From Candidatus Gottesmanbacteria bacterium (lineage in GTDB: Bacteria; Patescibacteriota; Microgenomatia; UBA10105; UBA927): a stretch of DNA of 64,000 bases. The stretch is from contig OY969569.1 in the NCBI GenBank assembly GCA_963701185.1, forward strand, positions 447,054-511,053, written 5' to 3'. The notes under the pieces were generated by a model. That model had not been told where the DNA came from and made no database searches. It worked only from the letters and a program-made list of their open reading frames with translations. Shown piece by piece: positions 15,844 through 24,211 of this stretch (position 1 is its first letter; each line of letters opens with the position of its first letter). The translations under genes were made by a program, and so were the position numbers.

Positions 15844-16534
15844 GGATGATCCTATTCATATCATCCGGTATCGGCGCTTCTATTGCAAGCGTTGCCCCGC
15901 TTGCAGGGTTTGTGCACGTAAGCTTCCATGCGTGCAGCATGACGCGCGGCGCCCAAACGCGGTCGTCACGCGCGGTTTTCCGGCCCGCGTAGAGATAATC
16001 CCCGAGAATCGGGTGATTGATATATTTGAGGTGTACGCGGATCTGATGCGTGCGTCCCGACTCCGGATATAACTCAACAAAACTAAAAGCATCGTCCCCC
16101 GTACCCCATGTCTCACGTACCTTGTATTTTGTTATTGACTCTTTTCCTCCCGGCACAATGCCAAACCGCTCCCTATTCCACGGAAGCCGGCCCACGGGCG
16201 CATTAATTTCCCCGGTGTCGGGAACCAATTTTCCGTGCGCGATTGCAAGATACGTTTTATGGATAAGCCTTTCTTTAAACTGCCGCTGAAGCTCGGTAAA
16301 CGCCTCCTGTGTTTTGGCAATTAAAAGTATTCCTGATGTTTCTTTATCAATGCGGTGAACAATACCAGAGCGAATTGCAAAGTCAGATTCCCGCATACGC
16401 GGGAATGACAAACGAGAGTCCGCCCAGTCCTGCACCGTCTCCCCTTTGACCGACTCGGCGCGGTTGACGACTATTCCGGGAGGTTTATTGATGGCGAGCA
16501 TCACGTCATCTTCGAAGAGGATTGGGATATCCAT
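15830..16534 (-). CDS. RluA-family pseudouridine synthase
   Basis: GIVHRIDKETSGILLIAK, TYLAIAHG, GRTHQIRVHL...HPILGD. Carries an in-frame copy of the GATTCCCGC palindromic element. Confidence 0.85.
   Translation of the reverse strand: MDIPILFEDDVMLAINKPPGIVVNRAESVKGETVQDWADSRLSFPRMRESDFAIRSGIVHRIDKETSGILLIAKTQEAFTELQRQFKERLIHKTYLAIAHGKLVPDTGEINAPVGRLPWNRERFGIVPGGKESITKYKVRETWGTGDDAFSFVELYPESGRTHQIRVHLKYINHPILGDYLYAGRKTARDDRVWAPRVMLHAWKLTCTNPASGATLAIEAPIPDDMNRIIHGRT
16386..16418. repeat. GATTCCCGC-ATAC-GCGGGAATGACAAACGAGAG element inside the RluA-family CDS
   Basis: Encodes ...SRLSFPRMRESDFA...; shares the SFPR(R/M)RES peptide with the tgt insert. Confidence 0.75.
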
Positions 16535-16536
16535 TG

Positions 16537-16905
16537 TTATTTATTATTTTTTTTGAGTTTTTCGCAGGAAAGACAGAGGGTTGCAGTGGGTAAAATTGCC
16601 AGTCGGTCCGTATCAATCATTTCGTGGCAATTGGTGCAAAATCCGTAGGTGCCCTCACCGATTCTCGCCAACGCGGAATCGATGTTCGCCAGCTTCAGCT
16701 TCAGCTCATCCAGCATTGCGGCGAACCGGTCATGGCTGGACTCTTCACTCGCCTCGGAATCGGATGCGGCGTTGTCATTTACGCGGTCCGGGTCAGAAAA
16801 CGGATCCTGCGCGGACAGATTACTCATCTCTCTGACGAGTTTCTTTTTTTCTTCTTCTAAATGTACGCGTAACTGTTCAAGCAGTTCGCTTGGAAAACTT
16901 TGCAT
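16537..16905 (-). CDS. DksA/TraR-family C4 zinc-finger protein
   Basis: C-terminal CTNCHEMID...LCLSCE four-Cys finger after a coiled-coil. Confidence 0.7.
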   Translation of the reverse strand: MQSFPSELLEQLRVHLEEEKKKLVREMSNLSAQDPFSDPDRVNDNAASDSEASEESSHDRFAAMLDELKLKLANIDSALARIGEGTYGFCTNCHEMIDTDRLAILPTATLCLSCEKLKKNNK

Positions 16906-17686
16906 AGGTTTTTAATCGGTTTATAAGCGGACGGATTGCTTCCCGTCCCCCGCCCCGCACATAAAACGCGCCAATCGTTTCCGCAAAAAGTGCGACCAGA
17001 ATCCACTGATTAGCGCGCAACGTATGTAAGTATACACGAGTATCTTTAAAAAATTCAAGGAGGAACATGATGACACTGGTACTGGAAAAAAACCATAACC
17101 CGAGGAGTCCGTACGGCCATTTTTTTTGTGATCCGCGGCGGGACAAAACCGCAATAAATAGAAGGATACCGATCATCGCGGCAATTTCATACAGTTCGAC
17201 CGGATGACGCTTACCCAGATGCCCCACAAAACGGACAGCCCACGGGAGGGTGGTCATTGTGCCAACATACGTTCCGTCCAGAAATGCACCGAGTGTGCCA
17301 ACCACGAACGCGGTACCCAACGCCGGGCCCACTGCATCAAGGACGTATCCTACACGCACCTTATATTTCCGGCAGAGAGACACGAGAACCAGAAGTCCAC
17401 CGATCAATGCGCCATAAAAAGACATACCCGGCTGCACCCACACCGTAAAAATCTTTAATGGAGTTTCACGGAATAACTCCATGTTCAGGAGCACAAACAC
17501 AACGCGGGCAAAGATAAATGCGGAGAGCGTGCTGTAAAACGTCAGATTAAAAATGTGCTCTTCGTCAACCCCCTGATTTCGCAGACCCCGCCAAAACAAA
17601 AAGGAAAACATAAGCCACGCCAATACCAAAAAAACACTGAAACTATACAGATGAAACGGGCCGATACTCACGAGTAATGGATACAT
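16877..17686 (-). CDS. lgt: prolipoprotein diacylglyceryl transferase
   Basis: MYPLLVSIGPFHLYSFSVFLVLAW..., G-rich loop SFYGALIGG; multi-TM. Confidence 0.85.
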   Translation of the reverse strand: MYPLLVSIGPFHLYSFSVFLVLAWLMFSFLFWRGLRNQGVDEEHIFNLTFYSTLSAFIFARVVFVLLNMELFRETPLKIFTVWVQPGMSFYGALIGGLLVLVSLCRKYKVRVGYVLDAVGPALGTAFVVGTLGAFLDGTYVGTMTTLPWAVRFVGHLGKRHPVELYEIAAMIGILLFIAVLSRRGSQKKWPYGLLGLWFFSSTSVIMFLLEFFKDTRVYLHTLRANQWILVALFAETIGAFYVRGGGREAIRPLINRLKTYAKFSKRTA

Positions 17687-17689
17687 AGG

Positions 17690-18919
17690 TTATTCCTTAT
17701 TATACTTCATCCGAAAGATGCCGTACGTAAGTATGATGAAACCCAACAAAAATATGACGCGCCCGACGCCGATAACATCCGCCAGTACCCCGCCGATAAT
17801 AATAGGCAATATCCCGACGCCGCCGACGGCGGCCGTCAGCATGCCGTACACGCGGCCGCGCATCGAACCTTTCGCCTCATCCTGAAGAATGCTGTTGGCC
17901 GGTGCATCCAACAGACTGTTGGCGGCCCCCAGACAGAAAAATAATGCCATCGCGATGATGAGGGACACATGCACCCGGACGATAAGGGAAATAAGAAGAA
18001 GAAGAATGCCGGCACCAGTCACACCCAGCTTAATAAGACGTCCTGGTTTCAGTTTATATCCGAAGGATCCTACCCACAACGCCCCTGAAATAATACCCAG
18101 GACCGCCGGTCCGACGATGAAAAGCGACGCGTCCCGTACATCTATGCGCAGTACCCGATCGGCGAATCCGGGTCCGAGCGTCCCCAACATGGCAAAAATT
18201 ATCTGTGTCCCGGTCAGAAGCAGCAGGCTGTCCAGGAGTGCCGGAATGCGCCGCACGTACCGGATTCCTTCAAAGAGTTCCTGAAATACGCGCGTGACGA
18301 GGTGGCTTACCTTATATCGGAATATGCTTGTAAATCCAAGGACGCCGGCGGCTTGCGAGGGAAGCCGTGACTCAAACCAGACGGCCATGAAAAACAGCAC
18401 GCTGATAAAAAGAAAAATCCATTGAGGACCGAATCCCCGCAGGAGCGGTCCGGATAATACGGTGCCTACGGCAAGACTACTGTAGTACGTAAAAGAAAAC
18501 AGGCTGTTGGCGGGAACCAAAAGATCGCTTGGGATGAGCTTGGGGATAAGCGGCGCTTCACTGGGGACATAAAATTGGGTAATCACCGCATTCACAAACA
18601 TAACCAGATACACAAGAAGAATATTACCGGAAACAACAATAAGAAAGAGGACAAGCGCCCCCCGCAGGATATCGCAGTACATGAGCATTCTCCGTTTGTC
18701 CAAATGGTCAACAGCGGTTCCGGCCACCATGCCGAAAAGCACGCTGGGGATTCCGTACGCGAGAAATAAACCCGAGACTGCGGTATTACTGCCCGTATTT
18801 TGATAAATACGAAGCCCTAAGACGAAAAGAAGCGTATTGATGGCCAACTGGGAAAAAATTTGGGCAAACCACAGAGACCGGAATGGTCTCACTGCCAGCA
18901 CGCTTGAATAGGATGTCAT
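17690..18919 (-). CDS. MFS transporter
   Basis: 12-TM organisation, 409 aa. Confidence 0.8.
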   Translation of the reverse strand: MTSYSSVLAVRPFRSLWFAQIFSQLAINTLLFVLGLRIYQNTGSNTAVSGLFLAYGIPSVLFGMVAGTAVDHLDKRRMLMYCDILRGALVLFLIVVSGNILLVYLVMFVNAVITQFYVPSEAPLIPKLIPSDLLVPANSLFSFTYYSSLAVGTVLSGPLLRGFGPQWIFLFISVLFFMAVWFESRLPSQAAGVLGFTSIFRYKVSHLVTRVFQELFEGIRYVRRIPALLDSLLLLTGTQIIFAMLGTLGPGFADRVLRIDVRDASLFIVGPAVLGIISGALWVGSFGYKLKPGRLIKLGVTGAGILLLLISLIVRVHVSLIIAMALFFCLGAANSLLDAPANSILQDEAKGSMRGRVYGMLTAAVGGVGILPIIIGGVLADVIGVGRVIFLLGFIILTYGIFRMKYNKE

Positions 18920-18938
18920 ATATTGTTACAATTGATAA

Positions 18939-19412
18939 ATGACTGCTACCGCTCACGCACTTGTCGCCGGCTCAATTGCCCGCGCCGTACCCAACCCGTA
19001 TCTTGCCATACCCCTCGCCATAACATCCCATTTTATCATGGATGCCATCCCGCATTGGGATATAGGTACCGCCTGGCGCACCCGGTCAAAGGCAGTAACC
19101 GGAGCACTCGCCATCGGAGAAACCGTACTTGGTATTACGCTAGCATATTTTCTGTTCCGGGGAAAGGTGGAGGCGCCGCTTCTTCTTTCAACCATTATTG
19201 CAAGCGAACTCCCCGACTGGCTGGAAGCGCCGTGGTATATCTTTTTTGCCCATAAAAACAAAAATGGAATTTCCAAAACATCAGGATTCTGGGAACGGCT
19301 CACCTACCGCATCTACCGCCGGGAAAATATGGTGCACGCCAAAACCGATTTACCGTTCGGCCTGATTACCCAAATCGTCACCGTGGCGTTTTTTATCGTT
19401 TTACTCGGATAA
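18939..19412 (+). CDS. membrane protein, possible YdjM-like metal-dependent hydrolase
   Basis: HFIMDAIPH motif in a TM helix. Confidence 0.35.
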   Translation: MTATAHALVAGSIARAVPNPYLAIPLAITSHFIMDAIPHWDIGTAWRTRSKAVTGALAIGETVLGITLAYFLFRGKVEAPLLLSTIIASELPDWLEAPWYIFFAHKNKNGISKTSGFWERLTYRIYRRENMVHAKTDLPFGLITQIVTVAFFIVLLG

Positions 19413-20349
19413 GACCGGAGCACGGAATAATCTTCACACCCTGTTTTTCGATTTCGTCCAGAAATATGTTCATCCCGAGACTGTCGGAACTCATATGCCC
19501 GGCGACAACAAGATTGATATGGTGTTTGGTACACTCTTTCCGGTGTTCTTCGCCCGCATGCATGGCAATAATGGTACCGACCCCGGCATCGGCGAGTTTT
19601 TCGTACACCATCGCGGAGGGTTCGGTGCCGCCGGTAATATCCAGGGGCGCCACTTTTCCGGCGCGGCTTTTCTCAGACCCTGCGACAATCATGGGGCCTG
19701 CCTTCCCCTTCATTGCCTCCCGGTATTCAGGAATTTTTTTCAACTGGGCCAACACTTCCCCGACGGTTTCACACGTATGCTTATGAAACGTATCTTCAAG
19801 AAATTGATAGACCAAATTGTCGGTAATCGTATGCGTTGACATCATGGCAAACCCTAAAAGTCTTGCCGTATCGACTGCCTGATTATGATTAACGGGACTA
19901 AACCGGCGCTGAACCTCGCCGACACGGTCGGCCATAAGGCCCTCGGCAATATTGACCGGCACGCCGTAATTGGCCATAAGGTCTACCTGCACGTCCATCA
20001 CCTCATGCAGTGCCGCCAGCGGACCGCCCTCCGGGTGATGGGAAAGAAGTACATCAATTCCCTCCCCTTTTTGATTCAAACGGTCGGCAAGAAGAACCTC
20101 GGAGGCGTCGATATCAATACCTGCGAGAAGTTTATCCACCTTGAGATTCCTGTCACCCAAAATAATCCGCGAGTCGGAAAAGGGGTTGACTAAATCTTCC
20201 CGGTCATATTCTTCTTTTTTGGACGCGGACAGATCCTCATATTCTGCCCGCCGTCGCGCCAGTAATTTCTTCACGCCCGCCTCACCGCGCGGATCCGCCT
20301 TAATCCCCATCTCCAGCGCTGTTTTATATATATCTCCCAGTGTCATCAT
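19393..20349 (-). CDS. Nif3-family dinuclear metal-centre protein
   Basis: Start set at MMTLGD, preceded by AGGAGG. SHHPEG motif. Start trimmed to avoid overlapping the tRNA. Confidence 0.7.
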   Translation of the reverse strand: MMTLGDIYKTALEMGIKADPRGEAGVKKLLARRRAEYEDLSASKKEEYDREDLVNPFSDSRIILGDRNLKVDKLLAGIDIDASEVLLADRLNQKGEGIDVLLSHHPEGGPLAALHEVMDVQVDLMANYGVPVNIAEGLMADRVGEVQRRFSPVNHNQAVDTARLLGFAMMSTHTITDNLVYQFLEDTFHKHTCETVGEVLAQLKKIPEYREAMKGKAGPMIVAGSEKSRAGKVAPLDITGGTEPSAMVYEKLADAGVGTIIAMHAGEEHRKECTKHHINLVVAGHMSSDSLGMNIFLDEIEKQGVKIIPCSGLIRVKR

Positions 20350-20363
20350 ATATGTACCTCCTG

Positions 20364-20449
20364 TGCCTAGGGCGGGAATCGAACCCACATGAGCTTTTAT
20401 GCTCACAGCTTTTTGAGAGCTGCGCGTCTACCAATTCCGCCACCCAGGC
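20364..20449 (-). tRNA. tRNA-Leu (anticodon CAA) with long variable arm
   Basis: Minus-strand sequence GCCTGGGTGGCGGAATTGGTAGACGCGCAGCTCTCAAAAAGCTGTGAGCATAAAAGCTCATGTGGGTTCGATTCCCGCCCTAGGCA. 7-bp acceptor stem, GTTCGATTC T-loop, anticodon loop CTCAAAA. Confidence 0.8.
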
Positions 20450-20465
20450 ATTAACCCGTATTATA

Positions 20466-21809
20466 TCATTTAGCCGGGGTTTCTTCGCGCTTCCTTTCAA
20501 TGCCGTAAAACCGGATGCGGTCGCCGCGAAAGATCAGGTCCACTTCACCCAGCGGGCCGTTTCTATGTTTTGCAATCCGGAGTTTGGTCGGAATCTGTGC
20601 TCCCCACTGGGTCTGATCCCCTTCTTCGCGGTACAAAAACATGACAACGTCGGCATCCTGTTCGATGGAACCGGATTCGCGAAGATCGGACAGTTCCGGA
20701 ACTCTGGTGCCGCGTGACTCGACGGCCCGGGAAAGCTGCGAACACGCCAGGACGGGAAGACGAAGTTCGCGGGCGAGATTTTTGAGGCTTTGGGAAATAA
20801 CGGATACCTCCTGCACACGATTGTCGAAGTTCCGTCCGGAGTCGGCAAGCTGCAGATAGTCGACAATGAGAAGTTTGACGCCGTGCTCGACTTGCAGACG
20901 ACGGGCTTTGGTACGCATTTCAAGGATATTCAGTCCCGGCGTGTCATCGATATAAATAGGCGCCTCTGCAAGCTCCCCCATGGCTTCCGAAAGCCGCGTA
21001 AAATCATCGTCCGATAATTTTCCCGTTTTTAATTTCCACGCATCAATATCCGCCTGCGACACAAGCAAACGATCCACAAGCTCTTCTTTGCTCATCTCGA
21101 GCGAAAACACACCGACGGGAATTTTTTCGCGGACTGCAGCGTACTGCGCGATATTGAGAATCATCGCCGTTTTTCCCGTACCGGGCCGGGCGGCGAGAAT
21201 GAGAAGGTTAGAATCCTGCATGCCGGCAAGCCGAAAATCCAGATCGTTAAATCCGGTCGGCACGCCCCTGAGCCCGCCAGCGCGTTTATGGAGTTCGTCC
21301 AACCGATCAAACGACGAGGCCAATGCATCTTTAATGGGAATAAAGTCACGCTTCGTCGTCTGCTGCGAGATGGCAAAAATCTCCTGTTCCGCACTATCGA
21401 GAATTTCCTTTGCATCTCCCTGATCTTTAAAGGCAAGTTCCGTAACGCGCGCGCCCAACTCAATCAGTCTGCGTTTCGTATACTGTTCCTGAATGATGCG
21501 CGCGTATTTTTGCGCGTGCGCTGACGTGGGGACGACGTTTAATAGTTCCGATACATAGGACGCCCCGCCGACCCGCTTCAGCGTCCCGTCTTTTTTTAAC
21601 TGCGCCGTGACGGAAACGACGTCCAAAGGTTCATGCGCTTCGTACAGGGTGAGCATCGCACCAAAAATTGCCGCATTGGCGTCCGCGTAAAAATGTTCGG
21701 GACGCAAAAATTCCGCGACGTCAATCATCGCGTCTTTGTCGATAAGGACAGCGCCCAGGACCGATTGCTCGGCGACATCATCATGCGGCGGAATTTTGAG
21801 GTCTGCCAT
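20466..21809 (-). CDS. dnaB: replicative DNA helicase
   Basis: Walker A GTGKTA, typical DnaB N- and C-domains, 447 aa, no intein. Confidence 0.9.
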   Translation of the reverse strand: MADLKIPPHDDVAEQSVLGAVLIDKDAMIDVAEFLRPEHFYADANAAIFGAMLTLYEAHEPLDVVSVTAQLKKDGTLKRVGGASYVSELLNVVPTSAHAQKYARIIQEQYTKRRLIELGARVTELAFKDQGDAKEILDSAEQEIFAISQQTTKRDFIPIKDALASSFDRLDELHKRAGGLRGVPTGFNDLDFRLAGMQDSNLLILAARPGTGKTAMILNIAQYAAVREKIPVGVFSLEMSKEELVDRLLVSQADIDAWKLKTGKLSDDDFTRLSEAMGELAEAPIYIDDTPGLNILEMRTKARRLQVEHGVKLLIVDYLQLADSGRNFDNRVQEVSVISQSLKNLARELRLPVLACSQLSRAVESRGTRVPELSDLRESGSIEQDADVVMFLYREEGDQTQWGAQIPTKLRIAKHRNGPLGEVDLIFRGDRIRFYGIERKREETPAK

Positions 21810-21822
21810 AGGAGAAAATAAT

Positions 21823-22386
21823 TTATTCCAAAATAACTACTTGCATTTGCTCGGGCAGTTTATCGCGGGTTACGGTAAGTTTAGATTGCGGAACAACATC
21901 CTCTTTGCCGATTTCTTTCAGGAATGCGGTTAGTTCGTCGCGATGATAGCACATGGGAATAACGACAGACGGTTCTATTTCATTAATAACGGCAACGGCA
22001 GATGAACCGACGGGAACCATAAGAATATCAACACCGTCCAAGCTATCCACTTCTTCTGCGGATAATGCACGTCCTAAATCACCCAGATGAACAATGGAAA
22101 ATCCGTCAACTTCAATCCGATACATCGTCGTCTGTTCTATCTTACGGCCGATAACACCGACTCCCTTGATTTCATATTCTCCGGGACCGTTAACGATATA
22201 TGCCGTACCTTCAACCTGCCCGGTTGCGTTATGATCCGGATGGTCGTGTGAAACGGTCACGATATCAGCGGTTATATGCTTGGGAAATTTTAATCCTACG
22301 TGTTCCGGCGTATACGGATCCGTCACAACGGTGGCAGATTTTCCTTTCAAACGAAACGCGGCATGACCGAGATAGGTGATCTCCAT
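21823..22386 (-). CDS. MBL-fold metal-dependent hydrolase (UPF0173-like)
   Basis: MEITYLGHAAF, HDHPDH motif. Confidence 0.6.
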   Translation of the reverse strand: MEITYLGHAAFRLKGKSATVVTDPYTPEHVGLKFPKHITADIVTVSHDHPDHNATGQVEGTAYIVNGPGEYEIKGVGVIGRKIEQTTMYRIEVDGFSIVHLGDLGRALSAEEVDSLDGVDILMVPVGSSAVAVINEIEPSVVIPMCYHRDELTAFLKEIGKEDVVPQSKLTVTRDKLPEQMQVVILE

Positions 22387-22427
22387 GTTGCAATTTATAA
22401 CAGATTTAGCTATCCTTAGCAACACTC

Positions 22428-22871
22428 ATGAATAAAGACGCGATACTGGCGACACTTATCGGGTTCGGCATCGGGCTCCTCATTACCGGTATTCTTCTTA
22501 TTGGTCCGAATATTACAAAATCATTGCCGAACATAAATCTCCCGACTATTTCGTTTTTGCAGCCGAAGCAAAAACCGACACCGACCCCCACGCCAACTCC
22601 TTCGCAGTTTGGCCTCACGATTGAGAGCCCGCTTGCCGACGCGATTGAAAATACGAGCGACCTCCTTGTATCCGGCGTCACGACCCCGGGATCAACTGTC
22701 GTCATCGCCGGATCTGTTGACGATACGGTAGAGCTGGCACAGGCTGACGGAAAATATGCCGGAAAAATAACGCTCGCCGAGGGGAAAAATGATATCATCG
22801 TCACCGCATACCAATCACAAAAACAGATGACACAGACGATGACGGTATATTACACGCCGGAAAGTTTATGA
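22428..22871 (+). CDS. hypothetical membrane-anchored protein with PT-repeat linker
   Basis: N-terminal TM, KPTPTPTPTPS linker, beta-rich C-domain. Confidence 0.4.
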   Translation: MNKDAILATLIGFGIGLLITGILLIGPNITKSLPNINLPTISFLQPKQKPTPTPTPTPSQFGLTIESPLADAIENTSDLLVSGVTTPGSTVVIAGSVDDTVELAQADGKYAGKITLAEGKNDIIVTAYQSQKQMTQTMTVYYTPESL

Positions 22872-22886
22872 CCAGGAAGTGAAATT

Positions 22887-23579
22887 ATGAAAAAAATAGT
22901 ATTAGTTATTTGTTCTCTTTTACTGACAACATCCGCGTACGCGGCCACATCAACGCCGTCGGCGCAGCAAAAACTGGATACGCTCAAGGACCGTCTTGCA
23001 TCAGCCGCGACACAACTAAAACAGTCGCAGAAACGCGCGGTCTTCGGGACGGTAAAAACAACGTCCGTATCAACCATTACTATCTCCACAAAAACCAATG
23101 ATTTAAAAATAGAGCTGACCGATACCATTTCCGTATTTGAGCTCATCAAAGGCAAACGGACCGAACTCACGACCGATCAGGTAACCCGCGGCGATGACGT
23201 TGTCGTATTTGGCGATTATGATACGAACCTGGATATTCTCAAGGCACAGGTTATCTTTATTCAGGGCAGTATACCGGAGCGGATAACCGGCACAATCACG
23301 GCCGTCAGCAAAAAAGACTACACGATAACGATAGCAACACCGGAGGAACAATCCTATATCGTCGATTTTGAAACAACGACGAAAAATTTTAATTGGACAA
23401 AAGATACAGGCGTCCAAAAAGCGGGATTTACTCAATTAATTGTCGGCGACACCATCCATGTATTGGAAACGCAGAATCCGAAAATTGCCAACCGCGTATC
23501 GGCCCTGCGGATCCTCGATATCGGCAACCTGACCGGCGTCACGCCGACAACCAGACCAAGTCCAACCCCGACGCCTTGA
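22887..23579 (+). CDS. hypothetical secreted protein
   Basis: Signal peptide MKKIVLVICSLLLTTSAYA; C-terminal PSPTPTP. Confidence 0.45.
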   Translation: MKKIVLVICSLLLTTSAYAATSTPSAQQKLDTLKDRLASAATQLKQSQKRAVFGTVKTTSVSTITISTKTNDLKIELTDTISVFELIKGKRTELTTDQVTRGDDVVVFGDYDTNLDILKAQVIFIQGSIPERITGTITAVSKKDYTITIATPEEQSYIVDFETTTKNFNWTKDTGVQKAGFTQLIVGDTIHVLETQNPKIANRVSALRILDIGNLTGVTPTTRPSPTPTP

Positions 23580-23610
23580 TGCGGATATATCAGCGTGTTA
23601 CTATAGTCAT

Positions 23611-23994
23611 GTGAAAAAATTCCGCATGGATCAATTTCAAACAGGCACCCCGTCATCGTATCCCTCATCGGCAATGAACGAGTTGTTCCGGGCAATTCTG
23701 TCACTGAAAAACGAAACCGAGGCCCAAAACTTTTTCCGGGATCTGCTCACCATGCCGGAACTGAAGGAATTTGCCAACCGCTGGCAGATAGTGAAGCTCC
23801 TGTACAAACGGGTTCCGTACGGAGAAATTGCCGCGAAGCTTAACGTATCCACAACGACGGTCACCCGCGTCGCCTATTGGCTGAATAACGGATTCAACGG
23901 GTATAAAGAAGTCGCCGACCGTACGTTTGAAACAAAATTTAAGGATGCGCATACGCCTCATCAGCCGCGGCTCCGCGGCAAACGCTGGATGTAA
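23611..23994 (+). CDS. TrpR-like YerC/YecD family regulator
   Basis: NFFRDLLTMPELKEFANRWQIVKLLYKRVPYGEIAAKLNVSTTTVTRVA. Confidence 0.6.
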   Translation: MKKFRMDQFQTGTPSSYPSSAMNELFRAILSLKNETEAQNFFRDLLTMPELKEFANRWQIVKLLYKRVPYGEIAAKLNVSTTTVTRVAYWLNNGFNGYKEVADRTFETKFKDAHTPHQPRLRGKRWM

Positions 23995-23995
23995 C

Positions 23996-24024
23996 TTGAC
24001 ATGAGCATGTTACCATGTTAACAT
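23996..24024 (+). promoter_or_regulatory. Candidate promoter TTGACA-N17-TAACAT (extended TG) overlapped by the palindrome CATGTTAACATG
   Basis: Read directly; lies between the regulator stop and the small peptide ORF. Confidence 0.4.
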
Positions 24025-24040
24025 GCTAATATAAGGAAGT

Positions 24041-24130
24041 ATGAATATGTCTGAAATATCACGTACATCTCCGTTAGGCATAATAGCTGTTTCTTCGGTT
24101 TCTTCCTGCGCGCGTCATCATAGCCGCTAA
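24041..24130 (+). CDS. 29-aa (27 aa from the 2nd ATG) peptide ORF; candidate precursor peptide
   Basis: AAGGAAG RBS; MNMSEISRTSPLGIIAVSSVSSCARHHSR. Immediately upstream of a radical SAM/SPASM enzyme. Below the ORF-track cutoff. Confidence 0.3.
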   Translation: MNMSEISRTSPLGIIAVSSVSSCARHHSR

Positions 24131-24211
24131 TATCCCGCGTGCGGCTTAGACGAGAATCTTCCCTTTCGCTCATTCCCCTCTTTACCGTCCGCAGGATGTA
24201 TTGTTCTGCGA

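Noticed and set aside
19393-20406. N-terminal extension of the Nif3-like ORF (MSIKAHVGSIPALGTGGTY...)
   Set aside because: The extension is the antisense-independent read-through of the tRNA-Leu gene (20364..20449). An ATG with a perfect AGGAGG RBS lies at 20349, so the start was trimmed.
20466-21809. Intein or mobile insertion in dnaB
   Set aside because: The protein is 447 aa with contiguous conserved motifs, so there is no room for an intein.
24041-24130. Peptide ORF as a sulfatase-type anSME substrate
   Set aside because: No C/S-x-P/A-x-R motif is present in the peptide. Kept only as a generic candidate precursor.
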